Part shown: piece after piece, positions 1-9,222 of the stretch
Layout: the number at the start of each line of letters is the position of its first letter
Numbering within the stretch: the stretch's first letter is position 1
Assembly (NCBI RefSeq): GCF_000981785.2
Contig: NZ_CP011304.1
Coordinates: 1,680,001-1,712,000 of the forward strand
Direction: 5' to 3'
Source of the DNA: Microcystis aeruginosa NIES-2549
Lineage (GTDB): Bacteria > Cyanobacteriota > Cyanobacteriia > Cyanobacteriales > Microcystaceae
Length of the DNA stretch: 32,000 nt
Program-made: the position numbers and the translations under genes
The notes under the pieces: model-generated
What the model was told of the DNA's origin: nothing
The model's database searches: none
The model's input: the letters and a program-made list of their open reading frames with translations, nothing else

Positions 1-1599
1 GAAGAACGTTTAAAGGGTGTGGTGGAGGAAGTTCGCAAATCGGGCAATATTATCCTGTTTATCGATGAAATTCACACTCTTGTGGGTGCTGGTAGCATGG
101 GAGGAGCTATGGATGCTTCTAACTTGCTTAAACCTGCTTTAGCTCGCGGCGAGTTACAGTGTTTAGGGGCAACTACTCTCGATGAGTATAAACAGCATAT
201 TGAGCGAGATGCGGCTCTAGAAAGACGTTTTCAGCCAGTTATGGTGGGAGAACCGACTAAAGAGCAAGCGATCGAGATTTTACAGGGTTTAAAAGCCACC
301 TACGAGGATTTCCATCAGGTAAAATACGATCAAAAAGCGATCGAAGCTGCCGTTAATCTATCCTCTCGCTATATCAATGATCGCTTTTTACCGGACAAAG
401 CGATCGATCTTCTCGATGAAGCGGGATCCCGCACCCATCTACGCTATTCCCTACAAAGTAAAAGTCCTGCGGAGGTTAGCGAAGAATCACCCCTAATTAA
501 CCCCGAATCTTTAATTCCGGTGGTGGATGCGGAGGAAATCGCCCAAATTGTCGCCGCTTGGACAGGTATTCCCGTTACCCAATTAACTGAAACTGAGTCA
601 GAATCGCTCTTAAATCTGGAATGTCAACTGCACGAGCGGATTATTGGTCAACAGGAGGCAGTGAATGCCGTTTCTCGTGCTATTCGTCGAGCGCGAGTAA
701 ATTTAAAGAATCCTAACCGTCCGATTGCCTCGTTTATTTTTGCCGGTCCCACGGGAGTCGGTAAAACTGAATTAACGAAAGCCTTAGCTAAGTTGCTCTT
801 TGGCTCGGAATCCAGTATGATTCGCCTAGATATGTCGGAATTTATGGAATCCCACACGGTTTCTAAGTTAATTGGTGCGCCTCCCGGATACATCGGTTAC
901 AATGAAGGCGGTCAATTAACGGAAGCAGTGCGTCGTCAACCCTATAGAGTGGTCTTGTTTGACGAAATCGAGAAAGCACATCCCGATGTTTTTAATCTTC
1001 TCCTGCAACTGTTAGAAGATGGTCATTTGACCGATTCCCAAGGTCGTCGGGTGGACTTTAAGAATACCCTAATTATCATGACCTCGAATATTGGCTCAAA
1101 AGTCATCGAAAAAGGCGGTAATAGCTTAGGATTCGAGATTGCTGACGATTTTGCTCAATCGCGTTACCAACAGATTTCTAATCGGGTGACAGAGGAGTTA
1201 AAACAATATTTCCGTCCCGAATTTCTCAACCGTCTCGATGAAATCATTGTTTTCCGACAGTTAACTCGCCAAGAAGTTACCCAGATTGCCGATATTCTGA
1301 TCGCAGATCTAGCCAAACAATTGACAGAAAAAGGCATTTCTGTGCAAGTTACCGCCGCTTTTAAGGATTTGGTCATCAATGAGGGTTATGATCCTAGCTA
1401 CGGTGCGCGGCCTTTACGTCGTGCTTTAACTCGACGCTTAGAGGATAGTTTAGCCGAGGCGATGTTATCGGGAAAAGTCAATTCTGGAGACCATGCGCTA
1501 TTAGATGTAACTGCTGAAGCTGTGGTGACAGTCTCTAGTCATCAGCGCTCCGAGCAGAACGATATTCTCTCGCAATTACAGTTACAATCGGTGGGTTAA
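1..1599 (+). CDS. ClpC-type Clp/Hsp100 AAA+ unfoldase, 5' end lies outside the window (frame is open from nt 1)
   Basis: D1 Walker [16 protein letters not shown]2 Walker [18 protein letters not shown] and Walker [12 protein letters not shown]. Sensor region [10 protein letters not shown] ClpP-docking-like LGF tripeptide (GGNSLGFEI). The reading frame continues upstream of the listed GTG at 19. Confidence 0.9.
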   Translation, partial: EERLKGVVEEVRKSGNIILFIDEIHTLVGAGSMGGAMDASNLLKPALARGELQCLGATTLDEYKQHIERDAALERRFQPVMVGEPTKEQAIEILQGLKATYEDFHQVKYDQKAIEAAVNLSSRYINDRFLPDKAIDLLDEAGSRTHLRYSLQSKSPAEVSEESPLINPESLIPVVDAEEIAQIVAAWTGIPVTQLTETESESLLNLECQLHERIIGQQEAVNAVSRAIRRARVNLKNPNRPIASFIFAGPTGVGKTELTKALAKLLFGSESSMIRLDMSEFMESHTVSKLIGAPPGYIGYNEGGQLTEAVRRQPYRVVLFDEIEKAHPDVFNLLLQLLEDGHLTDSQGRRVDFKNTLIIMTSNIGSKVIEKGGNSLGFEIADDFAQSRYQQISNRVTEELKQYFRPEFLNRLDEIIVFRQLTRQEVTQIADILIADLAKQLTEKGISVQVTAAFKDLVINEGYDPSYGARPLRRALTRRLEDSLAEAMLSGKVNSGDHALLDVTAEAVVTVSSHQRSEQNDILSQLQLQSVG

Positions 1600-1621
1600 T
1601 CCGCTCAAAAATTGCTTTTTT

Positions 1622-1653
1622 TCGGGGTTGAAAAATTTTCAACCCCGATTTTT
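1622..1653 (+). terminator. Intrinsic terminator downstream of the Clp ATPase gene
   Basis: Perfect inverted repeat TCGGGGTTGAA / TTCAACCCCGA (1622-1648) followed by TTTTT, 23 nt after the stop at 1599. Confidence 0.6.
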
Positions 1654-1654
1654 A

Positions 1655-1795
1655 TCATCCAGGAAAAATAACTTCTAGGGGAGCGGGAATCATCTCGGTG
1701 CGAAAGTCAAGAATCTGAACTAGGATTAAATAGGCAACGGCGATTAAAATCGAAATCGCTCCCGTGATAATGGCGATAATTTTAGCAGAATTCAT
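1655..1795 (-). CDS. Hypothetical 46-aa single-pass membrane micro-protein (below the ORF-track size cutoff)
   Basis: Hand translation: ATG at 1795-1793, TGA at 1657-1655. Product MNSAKIIAIITGAISILIAVAYLILVQILDFRTEMIPAPLEVIFPG has one hydrophobic helix. It converges on the Clp gene. No strong SD sequence. Confidence 0.4.
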   Translation of the reverse strand: MNSAKIIAIITGAISILIAVAYLILVQILDFRTEMIPAPLEVIFPG

Positions 1796-1903
1796 ATAAT
1801 TAACCGATAATTTCCTGAGATTATTGATCTATTGCCGCAAAAGCTACCGAAATTTATTCTCATCTACGATTGCGAGCCTAAACAAATGAACTAATAAACT
1901 CCG

Positions 1904-2188
1904 CTACGCGCTCGAGTGGAGTTTCTGACGCTTCTTTTTGCCTAGTTGCCCCATGCTTCCGCACGAGGTAGAGCCAGACGACTCTGCATCTAGAGAGGCT
2001 CGTTCCAAACCCCTAACATAATTAATCATAACCTGAGCGGCAGCTATATCCCTATCGCAAGAATAGCTACGAGAAATTTAGCTATGAACTCTTTCGGCTA
2101 AAGATTTCTTCTTTTGTTGACCACAATTAGGGCAAGTTTGAGATGGTTTAATGTTTTGGGTAGGAACCTCAATGTTAAGTAGTCGTGC
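1904..2188 (-). pseudogene. tnpB: IS200/IS605-family TnpB (OrfB) C-terminal relic
   Basis: Minus-strand translation gives ARLLNIEVPTQNIKPSQTCPNCGQQKKKSLAERVHS*ISRSYSCDRDIAAAQVMINYVRGLERASLDAE... This contains the first CxxC of the Zn ribbon and a RuvC-III-like DRDxxAA motif. There is an in-frame TAA at 2078-2080, the second CxxC is lost, and no N-terminal part is present. Confidence 0.6.
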
Positions 2189-2275
2189 AAAATTAATTTC
2201 CTAGTGAAGATAGGCAATAGGCAAGAGGCAAGAGGTGGTTAGATATGTGTAATTAATTTTGCTTAGGTACTTAAA

Positions 2276-2461
2276 ATGACTGAACCCACCTTAACGGAAC
2301 TGCATCAGAAAATCGATACAGGTGTTAGAGTCGCAATCGCAGAAGCAATTGAGAGACACCGCTTCTTAGGAGAGTCTATCAGCATTTTCAAAGATGGCCA
2401 AATTGTCACCTTAACAGCCGCGCAAATTCCGCCAAAACTTGCCAAAAAAACGGAAGTGTAA
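2276..2461 (+). CDS. Hypothetical small protein (61 aa)
   Basis: ATG-initiated ORF in otherwise non-coding DNA next to the TnpB relic. I recognise no motif. Confidence 0.45.
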   Translation: MTEPTLTELHQKIDTGVRVAIAEAIERHRFLGESISIFKDGQIVTLTAAQIPPKLAKKTEV

Positions 2462-2599
2462 AAAATTGGTTGACTGTCTCAAATTGCACTATTCGCGGCA
2501 ATTCTATCAAGACTAGAAACAAAAAACAAGCAATTTAGAAGGTTTAAGGGGGGATTACCCGGATGCTAATCTTGGTTTTAACGGTGGATTACGCTGACG

Positions 2600-3400
2600 C
2601 TAATCCACCCTACTGTAGGATAATTGTCTTCTAGCTTCGTAGAGGATGACAGCAGTAGCGATCGCAACATTTAAAGATTCCACAGCACCAAAGAGGGGAA
2701 TTTTCACCGTTTCATCGGCTAAAGTCGCTAATTGGGGTGATAAACCGGCTCCTTCATTGCCTAATAATATTAAAGTCGGACGGGTAAAATCAATCTCCCA
2801 ATGGCTTTTGGTGGCTGTGGGTAAAGTCGCGATCGCTTTTACCCCCTGTGCTTGATATTTTTTCACTAAAGCCGATAAATCCGATTCTACCACCAGGGGC
2901 GATCGAAACCATTCCCCGGCGGAACTGCGGATCACTTTGGGGTTATCGATTTCGACGCTATCGAGACTTAACCAGATACCCTGTACCTCTGTAGCCACGG
3001 CAGTGCGGATAATAGTGCCGAGATTACCCGGATCCTGCAATCTTTCCAAAACTAAGCCCAATTGTAGCGGATTTTGGGGGACTGGATGAAGGTGATCACG
3101 GGAAATAGTAGCAATCACACCATCGGGATTAACCGTTGTTGCTAGGGAAGCGAGGACTTCCGGGGAAACTATCTCGACTCGTTTGGCTTGATTTTGAAGC
3201 TTCTCCGCTAATTCTCCCTGTCTTTGCCGCCACTTTTCCGTATAACAAACCGTCTCTAGGGAACAATTCAGGGCTAAAGCTGTCTCTAGTAAGTGGGTTC
3301 CCTCAATTAAGGACAAATTCTGCTCCTGTCGCTCTCTAGTGCGGTGTAGCTTGCGAATTTGCTTGATTAAAGGGTTTTGAACACTGCTAATCATAGCCAA
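2600..3400 (-). CDS. TrmH/SpoU-family RNA 2'-O-methyltransferase (RlmB-like)
   Basis: SpoU motifs LERLQDPGNLGTIIRTA, LLGNEGAGLS and IPLFGAVESLNVAIATAVILYE. The N-terminal substrate-binding-like region contains NPLIKQIRKL. Confidence 0.9.
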   Translation of the reverse strand: MAMISSVQNPLIKQIRKLHRTRERQEQNLSLIEGTHLLETALALNCSLETVCYTEKWRQRQGELAEKLQNQAKRVEIVSPEVLASLATTVNPDGVIATISRDHLHPVPQNPLQLGLVLERLQDPGNLGTIIRTAVATEVQGIWLSLDSVEIDNPKVIRSSAGEWFRSPLVVESDLSALVKKYQAQGVKAIATLPTATKSHWEIDFTRPTLILLGNEGAGLSPQLATLADETVKIPLFGAVESLNVAIATAVILYEARRQLSYSRVD

Positions 3401-3456
3401 TCGGATTTTTCACCCCGCTAGGGCTACCCTAAACAACTGCGTCTTGAGGGAGATAA

Positions 3457-3540
3457 TGCGGAACTCGGGACTTGAACCCGAAAGTCTTTGCAGACACTAG
3501 AACCTGAATCTAGCGCGTCTACCAATTCCGCCAGTTCCGC
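3457..3540 (-). tRNA. tRNA-Leu (anticodon CAG), class II with long variable arm, CCA not encoded
   Basis: The reverse complement GCGGAAC-TG-GCG-GAATTGGTAGA-CGC-G-CTAGA-TTCAGGT-TCTAG-TGTCTGCAAAGACTT-TCGGG-TTCAAGT-CCCGA-GTTCCGC-A folds into a complete cloverleaf. The anticodon loop is TT-CAG-GT. Confidence 0.95.
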
Positions 3541-3719
3541 ATTTTTCTTTCACAATCTTTTATTATACTATCGGACAATCCATAAGTCAAGATAGTTGAG
3601 ATAATTAAGACAAAAATCGCTTTTCGGGGTAGAATCACCAATAATTTCCTCAAAAATCTGATAAGATGCAGTCTCATTTTGCTGAAGCTTTCCTTAGCCA
3701 AGACTCCCAACCAAGATAA

Positions 3720-5045
3720 ATGAATCATCCTATGACCATCGATACCGAGCATCCCTATTTAGAAATTCAAGGTCGTCACTCTCTCCGGGGTGAAGTCAAG
3801 ATCAGTGGCGCCAAAAATGCCGCTCTCGTGATTATGGCGGGAGCTTTACTCTGCTCCGACGAGTGCCAGATTAGTAATGTACCCGCCCTAGCCGATATCG
3901 AGCGGATGAGTCAAATTCTCTCGGCCCTAGGCGTGCAGGTCCGTCGCACCGGAGATAGACTAGAGATTGATGGCAGAGACCTCAAACAAGCTCAAGCGCC
4001 CTACGATCTCGTCTCCCAGTTGCGGGCCAGTTTTTTCGCCATCGGACCGATTTTAGCCCGTTTAGGAGAAGCAAAAGTTCCCCTCCCCGGCGGCTGCGCC
4101 ATTGGGGCCAGACCAGTGGATCTGCACGTTAGGGGCCTACAGTCAATGGGTGCAGATGTATTAATCGATGGCGGCATGGTACACGCCCGCGTTAAGGGTA
4201 ATGGTCGTCTGAAAGGGGCGAATATTTATCTGGATTATCCCAGTGTGGGAGCGACGGAAACCCTAATGATGGCGGCGACTTTAGCGTTCGGGGAAACCAT
4301 TCTCGGCAATGCGGCCCAGGAGCCAGAGGTGATTGATTTAGCCAATTTTTGTGTTTCCATGGGGGCAAAAATTCGCGGTGCTGGGACCAATACAATTGTC
4401 ATCGAGGGAGTTTCCCGTCTGCACAGTACCGATTACAATATCATTCCCGATCGCATTGAAGCCGGGACTTTACTGATAGCCGGGGCGATTACCCGCTCAG
4501 AAATTAGTCTTTATCCGGTGATTCCCAGCCATTTAGCTTCGGTAATTGCTAAACTGCACGAAATCGGTCCGGAAGTGGTGGAAGATGGCCCTAATCGTCT
4601 CCGGATTATCCCTAAAGACTTAAAAGCCACCGATATCGAAACCCTGCCCTATCCCGGTTTTCCCACGGATATGCAGGCCCAATTTATGGCTCTGTTAACT
4701 TTAACCGAGGGCAGTAGCGTAGTTAATGAGACGGTTTTTGAAAATCGTCTGCGTCATGTGGCCGAATTAAAGCGTCTGGGAGCAGATATCAAGGTCAAAG
4801 GAAATGTGGCTTTAGTGCGCGGTGTGCCTTTCCTCTCTGGGGCGCCGGTGATGGCCACGGATCTACGCGCTTCGGCAGCTTTGGTGGTGGCGGGATTGGC
4901 AGCCCAGGGGACTACTATTGTGCAGGGACTCCATCACCTCGATCGAGGTTATGATAATTTAGAGGGTAAATTAGGAGCATTAGGGGCAAATTTACGCCGG
5001 GTTGATCCTTTAGCCTTAGAATTGGCTACCCTGTCCCCATCTTAA
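3720..5045 (+). CDS. murA: UDP-N-acetylglucosamine 1-carboxyvinyltransferase
   Basis: The N-terminus [49 protein letters not shown] (catalytic Cys loop) and [19 protein letters not shown] are typical of MurA. An alternative start exists at 3732. Confidence 0.96.
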   Translation: MNHPMTIDTEHPYLEIQGRHSLRGEVKISGAKNAALVIMAGALLCSDECQISNVPALADIERMSQILSALGVQVRRTGDRLEIDGRDLKQAQAPYDLVSQLRASFFAIGPILARLGEAKVPLPGGCAIGARPVDLHVRGLQSMGADVLIDGGMVHARVKGNGRLKGANIYLDYPSVGATETLMMAATLAFGETILGNAAQEPEVIDLANFCVSMGAKIRGAGTNTIVIEGVSRLHSTDYNIIPDRIEAGTLLIAGAITRSEISLYPVIPSHLASVIAKLHEIGPEVVEDGPNRLRIIPKDLKATDIETLPYPGFPTDMQAQFMALLTLTEGSSVVNETVFENRLRHVAELKRLGADIKVKGNVALVRGVPFLSGAPVMATDLRASAALVVAGLAAQGTTIVQGLHHLDRGYDNLEGKLGALGANLRRVDPLALELATLSPS

Positions 5046-5061
5046 CAGGATGATTAGTTAT

Positions 5062-5112
5062 CGCTGTTCTATCAGTGTTGAGGATTCCCGTGAGCAACAA
5101 TATAGAACAGCG
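5062..5112 (+). terminator. Hairpin downstream of murA (possible terminator or repeat)
   Basis: An 11-bp perfect inverted repeat, CGCTGTTCTAT (5062-5072) / ATAGAACAGCG (5102-5112), with a 29-nt loop. A third partial copy GTTGTTCTATA lies at about 5127-5137. No clear U-tract. Confidence 0.3.
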
Positions 5113-5165
5113 TTAATCGTGCTTAGTTGTTCTATATTGACGGAACCTTTCATCAGCGATCGCAT

Positions 5166-5768
5166 TTACCAAATCTTAGCCATTACTAACTCAAACCCCG
5201 GCAATTCTGGATCACCACTAATGGTTTCAGGAGCATTTAAAATCTCCGGTTCTCGATGGGGGCGATAAATATAGACTTGGCGATTTTGGCGATCAATTAA
5301 CCAACCCAATAAAGTACCATTGGCAATATATTCCTCCATCTTTTTCTGCAAACTGGATACTGTATCACTAGCAGAACGCAATTCAATGACAAAATCGGGA
5401 CAGATGGGGGAAAAAGAGGCTTTTTGTTTTTCTGTTAAAGCATTCCAGCGTTCTAATTTAATCCAAGCAGCATCCGGTGAACGAGTCGCACCATTGGGCA
5501 GCGTAAAACCCGCACTAGAATCAAACCCAAGCCCCGTTCCATCTAGTTCTGACCAGTTCCCCAGTTGCAGAGCTATATTAAAATTGCGATTACCCGTATC
5601 TGAAAAAGCAGGAGGCATAACGATCACTTCTCCACTAGCACTGCGTTCAATGCGTAAATCTCGATTGGCTAAACAAAATTCATAAAATTGCTCCTCCGTC
5701 ATCGGCATAATCCAAGGAAGATCAATCATCAAAGGAGCCGAGGTCGCTTGTACAAGTAGTGTCGTCAT
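5166..5768 (-). CDS. Uma2-family (DUF820) PD-(D/E)XK putative endonuclease
   Basis: Family-typical blocks: EEQFYEFCLANRDLRIERSASGEVIVMPP, SPDAAWI, CPDFVIELRSASD (D..E.K core) and KMEEYIANGTLLGWLIDRQNRQVYIYR. Confidence 0.85.
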   Translation of the reverse strand: MTTLLVQATSAPLMIDLPWIMPMTEEQFYEFCLANRDLRIERSASGEVIVMPPAFSDTGNRNFNIALQLGNWSELDGTGLGFDSSAGFTLPNGATRSPDAAWIKLERWNALTEKQKASFSPICPDFVIELRSASDTVSSLQKKMEEYIANGTLLGWLIDRQNRQVYIYRPHREPEILNAPETISGDPELPGFELVMAKIW

Positions 5769-6112
5769 ATTTTCGCCCTACTCAAGAATTACACGAATTA
5801 ACAACTGAATGCCCTTCAATCTTAACTTAGCTCTTGTCAACGGCATTATTAACTACCAAAAGATAGAATGCGATCGCTCTTAACGTTGCTAAAGAAGCCT
5901 GACGGAGAGTAATGTAAATATTTATAAAAATGTAGCTTAGAATACATTTTAAAAAAGGAGAGTGTGTATTGTTATTTTATTGTCCGTCTTTTCAGAAAAA
6001 CAAACCACAAAAGTCTCCTAATACCATCAATAAAATCCGACAATTACCCTTCATTAATTGGAGGGGTTTTTATCAGTTGTCATACTAAATCCGTTGAGTA
6101 ACGCACAGAAAG

Positions 6113-6139
6113 CGGGTTTCTCCGAGAAACCCGTTTTCT
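6113..6139. terminator. Stem-loop terminator, 47 nt below the stop (6186) of the DUF4351-like gene; canonical in the + orientation
   Basis: CGGGTTTCT-CCG-AGAAACCCG (6113-6133) is followed by TTTTCT on the + strand. On the - strand it is followed by CTTTCT. Confidence 0.45.
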
Positions 6140-6185
6140 ATTAATGCTTGGGGATAGTTTTTCCTAGCTTAGGGGGATTGAAAGT

Positions 6186-7133
6186 TTAATTTTCCCTGAA
6201 TCTTTCTAACAGTTCTGAGCGAGATAAATTAGCCAGAGAAAGAAGTAACCCGGTGCGTTCCGAGATAGGAAGTTGGGCAATCTGTTCCACCAGACCAGAT
6301 AATTCTGCATCTAGGCTGCCAAAACGTCCTTCCAGAAGACTGGTTATCAGGGATAGTTGTCCTTCTAAACTGCCTCGTTGTATCCCTTCTTGTATCCCTT
6401 CTTGTTTCCACTCTTCTCGTTGTTGTAAATAAGCTGGTGATAGGTTCATAATGTCCTCCTGTTCTTCGGCACTTAAATTATCTCTTAATTCCAAACTCTT
6501 GCGCCAGTTGGCCAGAATTTCCAGTAAATTCTCTTGGCAAGGATTACCTTCAGGTAATTGCACTAATTCTTCTACTGCCCGTTTTTGCGTCCCTCCTTTC
6601 CCTAGTACCCTCAACCATAAAGTCTCCTCATTGACTGGTAATTGATGGATGGCGACAATTCCTGTTTTGAACAGGCTAGGGGAAAAATAAACTCCTTTTC
6701 CCCACTCCTCTTTCATCCCCTCTTCCGGTAGGAATGAAGGGGGGATTCCCACGACTTCTTCAATCATTCTCGCCGAAAAAGTAGGCGTTAAAATCCAGAG
6801 AACTGGTAGTTCAGCTTCAGTTAGAGTTTTGTTTGTCCGTTTCGCCTTCCTCAAGACCTCGCCATGAACCGCATATAACTTTGAGATGCAGCTGCGAATC
6901 TCTACCTCGGAGGGAGGATTACGGAAGGGTTCAAATAAGCAGCAAGTCGCCGCCATTTTAGCGAGTATGCCCAAGGGTAATTCAGTCCTTGATGCTGAAC
7001 TGGCTGGTTCAAACCAGACATCGATTTCTTGAACTTCACTCTTGACTTTCTTGCTCTTTTTAATCGTCCCTAGAGACGCTAAGAGTTCTTCTAAATATTC
7101 CTTGGCAAATTGGTCGTGAATTTGGCGAGTCAT
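6186..7133 (-). CDS. DUF4351-like domain protein (cyanobacteria-expanded, Rpn/YhgA-like putative nuclease family)
   Basis: The N-terminal HDQFAKEYLEELL block and the C-terminal EGIQEGIQRG...LLEGRFGSLDAELSGLVEQIAQLPISE..LLLSLANLSRSELLERF match my recollection of DUF4351-type proteins. The function is unverified. Confidence 0.65.
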   Translation of the reverse strand: MTRQIHDQFAKEYLEELLASLGTIKKSKKVKSEVQEIDVWFEPASSASRTELPLGILAKMAATCCLFEPFRNPPSEVEIRSCISKLYAVHGEVLRKAKRTNKTLTEAELPVLWILTPTFSARMIEEVVGIPPSFLPEEGMKEEWGKGVYFSPSLFKTGIVAIHQLPVNEETLWLRVLGKGGTQKRAVEELVQLPEGNPCQENLLEILANWRKSLELRDNLSAEEQEDIMNLSPAYLQQREEWKQEGIQEGIQRGSLEGQLSLITSLLEGRFGSLDAELSGLVEQIAQLPISERTGLLLSLANLSRSELLERFREN

Positions 7134-7467
7134 TGCAGGGGATAATTAATCCGAGAAAGTGCATTAACAATCTTGTTAGATCATAGCAAGTTTTGAGAAT
7201 TTATCTTTTTAATCAACAGCACCAGTGTGCGAACCAATCGGCTCTCTTATTCTTTGTGTGACAAGTTTAACTTATATAATAGCGATCGGTCTTTGTGTTC
7301 TTTGTGTCTCTGTGGTTCTTCACACTCATTGCTTAAATGCCCCTTCTCAAGTTCCCAGAGCTTAGTCACCAATATTGCGAAAGTGACAGAAAAGGGATAA
7401 TCTTCCACTCAATTGCCCAAAATAAAGGCTAGAATCGAAATATAGTATCGATCGCTACGGATTTTTC

Positions 7468-8175
7468 ATGAATTACAGAAAATTTTGCTTGGCTTTTTTG
7501 CTGTCCCTTATCCTCATCAACACCGGATTAGTTATGCCTAGTTACGCAAACGAAAGAGAATTGAGGACAATTACCGTAACGGGGGAAGGGATAGAAAATA
7601 TCGCCACTTCTCAAGCAATAGTGCGCTTAGGGGTAGAAATTCAAGGCAAAGAAGCGGGTAAGGTGCAGCGGGAAACCGCCAATCGTAGCGATGCGGTGGT
7701 TAAATTTCTCCGTTCCCGTCAAGTGGAAAAATTGGAAACCACCGGCATTAGTTTACAGCCCAATTACGACTTCAGCAACAATCAAAGACGTTTAATCGGT
7801 TATATCGGGGCTAATTTGATTAGTTTTCAGGTTGATATAGCCCAAGCGGGGATTTTAATCGATGAAGCGGTGAAAGTCGGGGCAACACGCATCGATGGGG
7901 TCAGTTTTACTGCCGGAGAATCAGCGATCGCAGCTGCCCAAAGAACTGCTCTCATCAAAGCCACGGAACAAGCTAGAGAACAGGCTACAATCGTGTTACA
8001 AGCCCTCGGTTTAGTGCCGAAAGAAACGGTTTCTATCCAAGTGGGTAATACCAGTAATCCCGTGCCAATAGCCCGCTCAGAAGCGGTTTTTCGCAGTGCC
8101 GATGCTGCCAGTAGCCCGGTTATCGGAGGGGAACAAACCCTGCGGGCTGCTGTCACCCTCGAAATTAGCTATTAA
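7468..8175 (+). CDS. SIMPL-domain (DUF541) secreted/periplasmic protein
   Basis: Signal peptide MNYRKFCLAFLLSLILINTGLVMPSYA, then the SIMPL-like pattern TITVTGEG...AIVRLGVE...SLQPNYDF...GYIGANLISFQV. Confidence 0.85.
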   Translation: MNYRKFCLAFLLSLILINTGLVMPSYANERELRTITVTGEGIENIATSQAIVRLGVEIQGKEAGKVQRETANRSDAVVKFLRSRQVEKLETTGISLQPNYDFSNNQRRLIGYIGANLISFQVDIAQAGILIDEAVKVGATRIDGVSFTAGESAIAAAQRTALIKATEQAREQATIVLQALGLVPKETVSIQVGNTSNPVPIARSEAVFRSADAASSPVIGGEQTLRAAVTLEISY

Positions 8176-8292
8176 GATAACTTTCAGCTATCAGTTATCA
8201 GCCAGGGTTTTTTTGAGCGGAAATCTTGTATACAGACTGATAAAATCAACGCCGATGCTCGGAAACTCTAGAAAAAACTGTCCCCCTCATCC

Positions 8293-9180
8293 GTGAATTA
8301 TCCCAACTTTTTACCCACTGTTAGGGAGGGATTGAGTGAAGATACCTCCCTTGCTCTCCTCGAAAATATCCAACAAATTGCCATCGATAGCCCCATCTAT
8401 CCTCGATCGATTCTAACCACCTATAGTCAACAAGGGCAAGGTCAACCGCCCTTTGTTCTCCTGCACGGTTTTGATAGTTCCCTGCTGGAATTTCGGCGTT
8501 TACTACCCTTACTCGCCCAAAATAGGGAAACTTGGGCGATAGATCTACTCGGCTTCGGTTTTACTGAGCGATACCCAGATTTACAAGTATCTCCGAAAAC
8601 TATTAAAAGCCATCTTTACCATTTCTGGCAAACTGCGATCGCAGAACCGATAATTTTAGTCGGTGCTTCCATGGGGGGTGCAGTGGCCCTAGATTTTGCC
8701 CTCTCCCACCCGGAAATAGTGGCAAAATTAGTCCTGATTGACAGCGCAGGACTAGCTAACCCCCCAGTTTTGGGTAAATTGATGTTTTCTCCCCTCGATA
8801 AGTGGGCAACTAATTTTTTAGCCAATCCCCGCGTGCGTCAAAATATCAGTCGTACTGCCTATTTTGATGCAACTTTGGCCACTGTTGATGCTTGCACCTG
8901 TGCCAATCTGCACCTGAATTGTCCCCACTGGAGTGAGGCTTTAATCTCCTTTACCAAAAGTGGCGGTTATGGGGCATTTTTGCCGAAATTAAGCCAAATA
9001 AACCGAGAAACGCTGATTATTTGGGGAGAAAACGATCAAATTTTAGGCACAAAAGACGCGAAGATATTTCAGCAGGCCTTACCCAATAATCAACTGGTTT
9101 GGATTCCTCGCTGTGGTCATGTTCCCCATCTCGAAAAACCGGAACTTACCGCGGCCGCGATAGTTAAATTTGCGAACTAA
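8293..9180 (+). CDS. Alpha/beta-fold hydrolase
   Basis: Oxyanion region FVLLHGFDSS, nucleophile elbow GASMGG, and C-terminal CGHVPHLEKPE (catalytic His). GTG start. Confidence 0.9.
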   Translation: MNYPNFLPTVREGLSEDTSLALLENIQQIAIDSPIYPRSILTTYSQQGQGQPPFVLLHGFDSSLLEFRRLLPLLAQNRETWAIDLLGFGFTERYPDLQVSPKTIKSHLYHFWQTAIAEPIILVGASMGGAVALDFALSHPEIVAKLVLIDSAGLANPPVLGKLMFSPLDKWATNFLANPRVRQNISRTAYFDATLATVDACTCANLHLNCPHWSEALISFTKSGGYGAFLPKLSQINRETLIIWGENDQILGTKDAKIFQQALPNNQLVWIPRCGHVPHLEKPELTAAAIVKFAN

Positions 9181-9222
9181 AAACTTATAATAGGATTATT
9201 TGACCCTATAGTGCCAACTTTT

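Noticed and set aside
1622-1648. Bidirectional terminator shared by the Clp gene and the 46-aa ORF
   Set aside because: T-tracts flank the hairpin on both sides of the + strand, so the - strand transcript would see A-tracts. Only + strand termination is supported.
3519-3752. 77-aa minus-strand ORF between the tRNA and murA
   Set aside because: It overlaps the 5' part of tRNA-Leu (3457-3540) and the murA start, and has no recognisable motif. This is more likely a promoter or leader region.
5050-5268. 72-aa + strand ORF after murA
   Set aside because: It spans the inverted-repeat spacer and then runs antisense into the 3' end of the well-supported Uma2 gene. It has no motif.
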